From the IMG/VR virus record IMGVR_UViG_3300021960_000038: DNA of 37,996 bases; one strand, 5' to 3'. The notes under the pieces are model-generated. The model had not been told where the DNA came from, searched no databases, and saw nothing but the letters and a program-made list of their open reading frames with translations. The position numbers and the translations under genes were made by a program. This DNA is from an uncultured virus (IMG/VR IMGVR_UViG_3300021960_000038). Taxonomy: Duplodnaviria > Heunggongvirae > Uroviricota > Caudoviricetes. This document shows, piece by piece, positions 18,720 through 26,367 of the stretch. Each line of letters starts with the position of its first letter. The stretch's first letter is position 1.

Positions 18720-20003
18720 TTAATCCCTCTGCTCTTTATCTTTTAAACGATCAATCTGATCTCTATATCTAGATCGCATTCTTTGTAATTGATCTTTATT
18801 ACGATCTCTTTGTGCTTTAATTCTTGCTCTCTCAGCATCATCTAACACTTCACCAAACATTTGCTTGAACTTTTTAGTGTATTTTGATGGTTTAGTTTTT
18901 GCGTCTTTATCTCCAGGTGCTGGTGTATATGATTTTGGATCATCATCGGGTTTATCTGCACCTTTCGCAAAATGCTTTGCTCTTGATTCTTTTTCTTTCT
19001 TATCTTTAATACCTGAATAGTATTTTGCTGGTTGGTCACCTTTGACAGAGGGTACTGCGTCTTCAACTATTTCTCCAAGTGCTTTAGTTGTTAACCAAAC
19101 TCTGGCACCTTCTAATTTGGTGACTGCTTTGAGTAAGTTTTCTTTGCTGTCTATGGCAACAACTTTTCTATCTTGGATAATAGCATAATGAGGGTTCTTA
19201 GATCCTACTGCATCTTCACCCACTTTGATAGTCTTAACTTCTTGTACTTCTTCGGATACTTTCTTATATCCCATTTGAGTATAGGTTCTTAATTCATAGG
19301 AGTTGATATATCTCACTGTCCCTTTCTTATTCATAACTTTGATCTTTTTTCCACCTTCGTAAAGATCTTTGTAGATGTAGTCTGGTAAATCCATTCCTTC
19401 CTCTCTTATGCCCATTTTAGATCGGACACTGTAGTATAATTTTTTGATGTCTGCTTCTTTTGCAGTACTTGGTACTGCTTTTTTGAATTCCTCATAGTCC
19501 CCATCGCTGGCAATTTGTCTTGCTTTACTTGCTGACATACCAGATGCACCTTCTGCGTCTGGATCTCTTTCACCTGCACTGATCACATTAATACTTTCAA
19601 AATCATATCTGCCATGTCTTGCTGTTTTACCATTGTACATGTTTAGAAGTTTTTTGAATTCAGCGACTCTATCGCTTCCTACAATCATTGAGATGTCAGT
19701 GTATCCTTGATCATTTAACTGTACAAGAATGTCAAACACATTTCTAACTGGATTGGTTGGAAATTTAACTTGGCGTCCAAAGAACTTCTTAAGATACATC
19801 ATCTTAATCTTGTAATCTAAAGGGTTCTTTTTGGAGTCTTGTGACTTGGATGAATAGACTAGAGGGTCTGCTCCAAGTGTTCTTGCTTTGGCTGATATTT
19901 TTTGTATGAGTTTCTCGTGCCCACTCGTAGGAGGGTTAAACCTACCAAAAGTGAATACTGCACTCTTGGATTTTGCTTCCGTAATATCGCCAATAGTCTT
20001 CAT
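18720..20003 (-). CDS. Cytidyltransferase-like (HIGH-class nucleotidyltransferase) protein with C-terminal extensions
   Basis: FTFGRFNPPTSGH, IVGSDR, SAGERDPDAEG..GMSASKAR. Confidence 0.85.
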   Translation of the reverse strand: MKTIGDITEAKSKSAVFTFGRFNPPTSGHEKLIQKISAKARTLGADPLVYSSKSQDSKKNPLDYKIKMMYLKKFFGRQVKFPTNPVRNVFDILVQLNDQGYTDISMIVGSDRVAEFKKLLNMYNGKTARHGRYDFESINVISAGERDPDAEGASGMSASKARQIASDGDYEEFKKAVPSTAKEADIKKLYYSVRSKMGIREEGMDLPDYIYKDLYEGGKKIKVMNKKGTVRYINSYELRTYTQMGYKKVSEEVQEVKTIKVGEDAVGSKNPHYAIIQDRKVVAIDSKENLLKAVTKLEGARVWLTTKALGEIVEDAVPSVKGDQPAKYYSGIKDKKEKESRAKHFAKGADKPDDDPKSYTPAPGDKDAKTKPSKYTKKFKQMFGEVLDDAERARIKAQRDRNKDQLQRMRSRYRDQIDRLKDKEQRD

Positions 20004-20011
20004 GGTAAGAC

Positions 20012-20019
20012 TATTTATA
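20012..20019 (-). promoter_or_regulatory. T4-type late promoter TATAAATA
   Basis: Exact consensus 8 nt before the ATG at 20003. Confidence 0.75.
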
Positions 20020-20031
20020 TCTTTTTGAGGT

Positions 20032-21030
20032 CTATTCTGAGGATTTATTTTGACTTGCGGATAATGGGTCTAAAAGGACTTTTTCTCTACGAGTTAAATT
20101 GGTATGCTTTTCTTCTTCTACTTCTTCGTCAGATTCAGTTTCATCAAGATCGTTCATATTATTCATTAGGTGTAAAAGAGGTGTTGGTGCTGGTTGTCCT
20201 AAGAACTTCCACTCATTACATTTAATGTGCACACACTCTTCCCATAATATGCCCTCAACATCTTCTAAGAAATCAGGTAAATTGTTTATTGCTTCAAAGA
20301 ATCCATTGTAGATCATATTCTCTGTAGGGTTCTCAGAAAAATCTCTCTTAGCATCTATGTCATCAACGATACCTAATTCTCTTAATTGTTTAGTGTTTTC
20401 TATCATTACTGATGATTTTAATTCTGCATCATTGGTAGTGTCAAAACTTACTAAGTTATGTACATAGTCATATATAGATTTACCTTCATAGAGGTCTCTA
20501 CTTAATAACCAACAATGTGAAGATTGCTGACCATGTTGTACAGGTAATATCAATCTATCTAAAAATCCATTCCAGAAATGCTGTATCAATGCAGAGAACA
20601 TGTTTGTAATTCTATGTGTTCTTTCTACAAGATCAACTTTTTCATCAGCACATATGTTGTGCATCATTGTAACAGCAGAATTATCTAATTCAGTAAAAAG
20701 ACCTGAGAAAAAGCGACTCACAGGATGTCTAACAAAAAGATACGATGTATAATCTTCGTATCCTAGTATTTCAACTAGTGGTTTCTGTATATTATCATGC
20801 CAAGATACAGGTTTGTCACCCCATATTCTGTCATAGTAAGGGCATACAGAGTAATCTTCACCTGCTGGGTGATCTCCCTCTATATCATCCTTACTTATTC
20901 GTTCAAATCCATTATCTAACAATATATTGTAAATTGTTGAATGTCCACTCTTAACTGGAGTGTAACATACAATTTCCTTTTCATGGTTAACCCATGTTGG
21001 GATATCTTCCCATATCACTTTATTCTTCAT
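20032..21030 (-). CDS. Sulfotransferase family 2-like protein
   Basis: YTPVKSGHSTI (PSB-like loop) and LFVRHPVSRFFSG (VRxPxxRxxS). Confidence 0.65.
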   Translation of the reverse strand: MKNKVIWEDIPTWVNHEKEIVCYTPVKSGHSTIYNILLDNGFERISKDDIEGDHPAGEDYSVCPYYDRIWGDKPVSWHDNIQKPLVEILGYEDYTSYLFVRHPVSRFFSGLFTELDNSAVTMMHNICADEKVDLVERTHRITNMFSALIQHFWNGFLDRLILPVQHGQQSSHCWLLSRDLYEGKSIYDYVHNLVSFDTTNDAELKSSVMIENTKQLRELGIVDDIDAKRDFSENPTENMIYNGFFEAINNLPDFLEDVEGILWEECVHIKCNEWKFLGQPAPTPLLHLMNNMNDLDETESDEEVEEEKHTNLTRREKVLLDPLSASQNKSSE

Positions 21031-22235
21031 TATTTGTCCCAGTCCTTCCTTGCTGTAAAATTGTTAAATGAAAATTCTAAACGATCAACAAGTTTGACCG
21101 CAGATCCTTTTCTATCTATAGCAACATATCCTTCAGGTTCTGTGACCTTATAACCATTTGGTGTTCTAAGGAATGTTCCAATAGATTTCAATTTATTTAG
21201 GTGCTTTATTATAGCATCCTTTCCGTCTACCATATGCTTTTGAAATACTGCTATGGCATCTATAGTTCCTCTTAGGTATTTAAGATCTCTAATCAAATCT
21301 TTACCTATCTGTTCTTTGATTGCTCTGGTCTTTTCAGTTTTAAGTGGAGCCACTACCTTTTCTGCCCAATATTTCTCCACATAGTTTATGTATTCTTGAG
21401 CAGTTGGATTGAATCGTCTTTCTCTAACGATGCTATTGACATAGGTTTTATATGATCCACCACTCGCACCTTTTGCTGTAACAGTGTTTTGTATTTTTAA
21501 GAAGTTGTTAATGTCTTTTGCTTTGATTTTCTTAAATGCTTTACCAGCATTAGATAGAGCATTACGAACTTGTAATGATAGTTTGGCAGGCATAGTTGAA
21601 CTACCACTCACATCTTTGTAAGTAGCATCTTGTGCCCATACATATTTTGATTTTTTGAATTGAGTTATGTTCACTCCAAAACTAGCAGACATATTCTCTA
21701 ACTCACTGCCTGTGTATTTGGTATGCCATACGATACCTACTTTTGCTGCTTTGATTTCTCTACCTACATCAGAATCGACTGGTACAGAATATGTGATCGT
21801 ATTAGGAGTGAATGTGAAAGATTTAACACCATCCATATTCTGCACACTTATGTCGTCGGTGAACAATAAGTCACCTTGATAGATAGCACCTTTAGGCATA
21901 GTATCTTTGAGATACATAAAAGATGCTACAAACTTTTTCTTTAATCCGTCTGATAAGTCAGTTGCTGAGTTTATCTCGGGAACACTTCTGTAGAATTTAG
22001 GATTAGCATTAAATAAACTTTTCTTTGCTATGATGAACTCACCTGTTTCAGGATGTGTTCCTGCAAAGATAGCAGGTGCTCCATCCCATTTAACAGTCAT
22101 GTTGTATGATCCTTTAGTATGACCATTCAACATTTTATGTAGTTCGATCAGGAACAATATAGAACCTCTGGCACCTACAAAACCAGTGTTCAGTATTTCA
22201 TCTTCTAGATGTTCAAGGTGGAGATTCTTTGCCAT
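21030..22235 (-). CDS. DUF6267-like protein with ligase/capping-type nucleotidyltransferase motifs
   Basis: KNLHLEHLED, TVKWDGAPA (KxDG), QGDLLF, PEGYVA, VKLVDRLEFS. Confidence 0.75.
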   Translation of the reverse strand: MAKNLHLEHLEDEILNTGFVGARGSILFLIELHKMLNGHTKGSYNMTVKWDGAPAIFAGTHPETGEFIIAKKSLFNANPKFYRSVPEINSATDLSDGLKKKFVASFMYLKDTMPKGAIYQGDLLFTDDISVQNMDGVKSFTFTPNTITYSVPVDSDVGREIKAAKVGIVWHTKYTGSELENMSASFGVNITQFKKSKYVWAQDATYKDVSGSSTMPAKLSLQVRNALSNAGKAFKKIKAKDINNFLKIQNTVTAKGASGGSYKTYVNSIVRERRFNPTAQEYINYVEKYWAEKVVAPLKTEKTRAIKEQIGKDLIRDLKYLRGTIDAIAVFQKHMVDGKDAIIKHLNKLKSIGTFLRTPNGYKVTEPEGYVAIDRKGSAVKLVDRLEFSFNNFTARKDWDK

Positions 22236-22240
22236 AAGAC

Positions 22241-22248
22241 TATTTATT
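22241..22248 (-). promoter_or_regulatory. Late promoter variant AATAAATA
   Basis: 5 nt before ATG 22235; followed by GTCTTA, like the copy at 20012. Confidence 0.6.
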
Positions 22249-22414
22249 TCCTTATGGTGTTTGAACTTAGTTGTTTCTCAATCTTAGTTATCTGAGCAAC
22301 TAGTTTCTTAGTCTCCTTTGTATCACCTGTTTTCTTAAGCAGAATGAGTTGCTTCTTGAGGGCAACTTTCTCTTGTAACAATTCTAAAAGTTTTTTCGGT
22401 CGTATTGTACCCAT
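22244..22414 (-). CDS. Small basic coiled-coil protein (56 aa, absent from track)
   Basis: MGTIRPKKLLELLQEKVALKKQLILLKK...; ATG 6 nt after the -10. Confidence 0.65.
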   Translation of the reverse strand: MGTIRPKKLLELLQEKVALKKQLILLKKTGDTKETKKLVAQITKIEKQLSSNTIRK

Positions 22415-22420
22415 TATCAT

Positions 22421-22459
22421 ATAATACTAAAAATTAGATAGTGTCGTAAAGTGGTTTTT
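22421..22459 (-). promoter_or_regulatory. Sigma70-like promoter, class B
   Basis: TTTACG-N18-TATTAT; TTTACGACAC identical to the 2413-2442 copy. Confidence 0.7.
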
Positions 22460-23156
22460 CTAAAAGTTTTGCTTTGTATTCATATTGCTGTGGGCAACTG
22501 AACTTTAGATAATCAATCACTCCTATTTCTTTAAAGACTTCCATTGTAGTTTCTTGTATCATCTTATCAGTTTCATTAGCAACTTTATCAGGAACCTCTA
22601 TATCCCTATCTGTAAAGAATTTTGCTAATTGATTTATGGGTATAGTGTAATCAACTTCCTCAATGATACTGTTAGCAACATCAGGAAATACATGAGCATA
22701 AAAGACTGACATAAAGGTGCCATTACTTCGAATCATTTTGTTCATCCATCTATCTATCATTTGCTTTGGTCCACCTGCTAATTCCACAAACCCTTTTAAC
22801 ATTTCGCTGTATTCAGATTTGGTTTGAGTCTCATCTACTATGAAACTAGAAAGTCCTGTTCTCATTTCATAACAGAAACCAGATACAAAACTTTTTTCCA
22901 CATCTCTCGTTGTTATGAATTTAGTGTAGTCTTTATATCTAGAATGAAACACCTGCAGTTTCTTAAATGCTAATGTCTCGTCTACACCTTTAGCATTTAT
23001 TTCTCTTCTACCATAAATCCAGGTCCCTTGATCTTTTAAAACATTAGTAACATAAGATGTACCATGCTTGAAATGAATTATGAGTATTTCTTTTCTGAAA
23101 TGATTGATATAATAATCAATCATGATATCTGATCCTGGAATGGTAATATTACCCAT
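22434..23156 (-). CDS. Divergent sulfotransferase-like protein
   Basis: IHFKHGTSY and ITTRDVEKSFVSG; start MGNITIPG overlaps the helicase stop. Confidence 0.45.
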   Translation of the reverse strand: MGNITIPGSDIMIDYYINHFRKEILIIHFKHGTSYVTNVLKDQGTWIYGRREINAKGVDETLAFKKLQVFHSRYKDYTKFITTRDVEKSFVSGFCYEMRTGLSSFIVDETQTKSEYSEMLKGFVELAGGPKQMIDRWMNKMIRSNGTFMSVFYAHVFPDVANSIIEEVDYTIPINQLAKFFTDRDIEVPDKVANETDKMIQETTMEVFKEIGVIDYLKFSCPQQYEYKAKLLEKPLYDTI

Positions 23157-24540
23157 TACTGTAATCAAACTCCTGGAATTTACTAAAGTTCTTGCCACCT
23201 GCTCTGGTTTGATCAAAGACTGGTCCATTGTCAATTAGTTCTTCTTGTGCTTGTTGTTCACAATCATAAAGTTTCATTCTACTTCTATCCACACCTACTA
23301 CAAATCTTTTGTTCATGGTTGGATCATTGTATCTGTTCTTCAATTGTTTTATTAACATTTGATCTAACTGCTCTAATTCTTCACTACTAATTAAAGCAAA
23401 CATGAAGTCAGCAGTTGCTGGTAACCCAAAGGACTCAGAAGTATCTGTAAGATCAATATCTGTATTAGCATAACCACCTCTTGTAGTTTGAGTAGCACTT
23501 AACACAGGCACATCAAACTCTACTGCCAATCCTCTAAGTTCTTCAGCAATACTCTTCACCAGAGTGTAAGAGTTAACATTAGATCCTGGTCTTACTCTAA
23601 AAGAAGTACATATGTTCAAATAGTCAATTACTATAAGATCTGGTTTGTAATCCTTCTTAAGATTAAGTTCCTGAAGCAAATGTCTGAAGTGACCAACATG
23701 AGCACCTGCTGTAGGATATTCTTTGATGATAAGTTTTCCTTTGGTTTTTTCTCTCAACCTTTCAATCTTCTTATCATACATTGTTTTAGGCAACTCTGTA
23801 AGTTCTCTAATAGGAATGTTCAATAGATTAGCATCTATTCTTTCAGCAATCCTTTCTTCTGCCATCTCCATAGTAATGTACAAAACATTCTTACCCATCA
23901 TCAAGCAGTTTGCTGCGACATGTCCCATAAACAAAGTTTTACCAACACCTGTACCTGCCAATGCTATATTTAAAGTCTTGTTTGGCAGACCACCTTTGGT
24001 AATCTTGTTGAAGTAATCTAAATCAAATGGAAGTTTGGTTTCTTCAGTATGATAGAATTCATATCTCCTATCACTGTCCATCAAAAAGTCATGACCAATG
24101 TTGGTGTCAAAAGATACAGACAATGCTTCTTTGAGTAAGTCTGGTATTTCTCCTTGCGATCTTTTACCTTTCTCATCTAAGATTTCAATACTGTCCATAA
24201 CAGCATTGTAGATAGCACGATCTTTACACCATTTCTCAGTTTGTTCAACTAACCATTCGAGAGGTGTATCATCGTTGTCTTTGTAAAGTTTGTCAAGAAT
24301 GACTTTGGTTAATTTGAAATCTGCATCATTCATGGATGCACTATCAAGTTCTATGCCCAATGCTTCTACTGTAGGAATGGTATTGTACTTGGTGAAGTAC
24401 TCTTTGATTTGCTCGTAGACATACCTTTCGTCTCTTTCTGCGAAGTATTCATCTTGAATGAATGGTAAAACTTTACGAGCAAAGACATCCTCTTTGACTA
24501 AGTTTTTTAGTATTACAAACTCTAATCTTTTATCTGACAT
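23149..24540 (-). CDS. gp41: Replicative DNA helicase (T4 gp41, DnaB-like)
   Basis: AGTGVGKT Walker A, YITMEMAEE, IDYLNIC, SATQTTR, SESFGLPATAD, QLKNRY. Confidence 0.97.
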   Translation of the reverse strand: MSDKRLEFVILKNLVKEDVFARKVLPFIQDEYFAERDERYVYEQIKEYFTKYNTIPTVEALGIELDSASMNDADFKLTKVILDKLYKDNDDTPLEWLVEQTEKWCKDRAIYNAVMDSIEILDEKGKRSQGEIPDLLKEALSVSFDTNIGHDFLMDSDRRYEFYHTEETKLPFDLDYFNKITKGGLPNKTLNIALAGTGVGKTLFMGHVAANCLMMGKNVLYITMEMAEERIAERIDANLLNIPIRELTELPKTMYDKKIERLREKTKGKLIIKEYPTAGAHVGHFRHLLQELNLKKDYKPDLIVIDYLNICTSFRVRPGSNVNSYTLVKSIAEELRGLAVEFDVPVLSATQTTRGGYANTDIDLTDTSESFGLPATADFMFALISSEELEQLDQMLIKQLKNRYNDPTMNKRFVVGVDRSRMKLYDCEQQAQEELIDNGPVFDQTRAGGKNFSKFQEFDYSNG

Positions 24541-24702
24541 TTATTTTTTATTGGCGACTGTTTTCTTTCTGATTGTATATGCTTCATTCGTGTACTTGGT
24601 ACGAGGATCATCAGCGATGTATCTGCCCTTGCTATCTCTAGCACGGATTCTCTCATAACCAGACATGAAGAAGTTTTTAAGACTTGTCAGTATATTCTTC
24701 AT
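24541..24702 (-). CDS. Small basic protein (53 aa, absent from track)
   Basis: [42 protein letters not shown]...; fills the uvsX-gp41 gap. Confidence 0.7.
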   Translation of the reverse strand: MKNILTSLKNFFMSGYERIRARDSKGRYIADDPRTKYTNEAYTIRKKTVANKK

Positions 24703-25750
24703 CAGTTATTTCTCCTGTTTCTTTATCAAATTCAACTGCTCCACCATACTTAAACTCTTTGCCAGCAGCATCTTCTAGTTGCTGCATGATCTCTGGAGTA
24801 AAGTATTTCTCAGGGTTGTTGTTAATTGTTTTACCAAATTGTGTAGTACCATCTGGCAATTCTATTCTGGTGGATTTCTGTTTAAACACACCATACTTCA
24901 ATCCTAATTCAAGTAAACCATAGTATCTATCTAGACCACTATCATACATTAGTTTAGTATCTACGATTTTGTTTTCAATAGTCAACCTCGACTTAGCATT
25001 CTTACAATGGATGATATTACCAATAACATCTTTACCATCTTTTTCTTTTCTCTTTGATAAGAATATTATAGAACTCGCAGCATACTTAAGACCTGATCCA
25101 CCACCCATCTCTTTAGTTGGGAACAATGAACCAATACTGTCATATGTATGGTTTGTCACTATCATAGGAACTTTTGCTCGACCTAGTTTCAAAGTAAGAA
25201 CTCTGAAAGTACCTTTGAGTATTTGTGCTCTGGTCATATCTCTTGTTTCTTTACCCTCAGCAGTATCTTCAATCTCTTTAGTTGTAGATAACATACCAAG
25301 TGAATCCAAGACAAACATCATCTTGGGTCTTTTACTTTCATCTGTTTCTAGATAACGATCAATGACTTTGATCGTTTGAGTTCGGAACTCTTGTGCTGTT
25401 ACAACTGGAACGATAACGATACGATTGGGATCAATACCTCGTTCTTCAATCATTTGAGTAGTAATCGCTGACTCTGACTCAAAGTACATAACTGCTGCAT
25501 CTGGATTATCCTCTAGGAATCTTTTACAAATACCTAAAGCAAAGAAAGTCTTACCTGTAGCAGACTCACCAGCAATCGCAGTTATTTTATTTTCGGGAAG
25601 TCCACCATACAGTGAACCTGATAAAAGGGCATTAAAAATGTAAGAACCAGTGTCGACAAATCCGTCAACATCACCTGCTTCTATGCCATCTGATACAACA
25701 TTGGCATACTCATTCCCTGTCGCCTTTACTAGATCTTTTAGAAAACTCAT
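24677..25750 (-). CDS. uvsX: RecA-like recombinase UvsX
   Basis: [34 protein letters not shown]. Confidence 0.96.
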   Translation of the reverse strand: MSFLKDLVKATGNEYANVVSDGIEAGDVDGFVDTGSYIFNALLSGSLYGGLPENKITAIAGESATGKTFFALGICKRFLEDNPDAAVMYFESESAITTQMIEERGIDPNRIVIVPVVTAQEFRTQTIKVIDRYLETDESKRPKMMFVLDSLGMLSTTKEIEDTAEGKETRDMTRAQILKGTFRVLTLKLGRAKVPMIVTNHTYDSIGSLFPTKEMGGGSGLKYAASSIIFLSKRKEKDGKDVIGNIIHCKNAKSRLTIENKIVDTKLMYDSGLDRYYGLLELGLKYGVFKQKSTRIELPDGTTQFGKTINNNPEKYFTPEIMQQLEDAAGKEFKYGGAVEFDKETGEITDEEYTDKS

Positions 25751-25901
25751 TCACTTCTCCATTACATAAATTTTGATCATACTTAATATGCTCTTCCATC
25801 ATAGTTTTGATCTGAGATATCTGATGCTCCATATATAGAAGTAATGCAGTTATCGCTGAACAGAACCCAAAAAAGATTATATCTATTAAGTTATGATCCA
25901 T
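25710..25901 (-). CDS. Small single-TM hypothetical protein
   Basis: 63 aa with hydrophobic N-terminus. Confidence 0.6.
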   Translation of the reverse strand: MDHNLIDIIFFGFCSAITALLLYMEHQISQIKTMMEEHIKYDQNLCNGEVNEFSKRSSKGDRE

Positions 25902-25910
25902 AGTTATATT

Positions 25911-26345
25911 CTAATCTATAATACCCTTTTCGTAAAGGTACTTTCGATTAGTTTCATGTAAATCTTTTATGTCGTCTTTTGACTGTCCATGATATGGTAC
26001 TGCCATACGATTTTCAATCAATAATTGACATACTGATTTCCATGTTTTGTTAGTTTCATTAAAGATATGAATGTCACCTATGATACGACCAAACTTACCT
26101 TTGGAATCGTATTTCTCAGTGACCAACTTGTATGTTTTTCCTTTTGCAAGTCTCTCTTTAAGAAATTGTTTTGATAGTAATCCGAACTTCTTTTCTTCAA
26201 GATCGCGTGTTCTACTCTCAGGTGTATCTATACCTGCAAGTCTAACCCTTTCGTCTTTTAAAAGGATGTCGAATCCTAAATCGATGTCAATATCTACTGT
26301 ATCACCATCAACCACTTTTAAAATTTTAGCATTATATTCGTACAT
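25911..26345 (-). CDS. Thermonuclease (SNase) family nuclease
   Basis: VVDGDTVD, RVRLAGIDTPE, GKFGRIIG. Confidence 0.9.
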   Translation of the reverse strand: MYEYNAKILKVVDGDTVDIDIDLGFDILLKDERVRLAGIDTPESRTRDLEEKKFGLLSKQFLKERLAKGKTYKLVTEKYDSKGKFGRIIGDIHIFNETNKTWKSVCQLLIENRMAVPYHGQSKDDIKDLHETNRKYLYEKGIID

Positions 26346-26367
26346 AATTATTCCTCAATACAATTAT

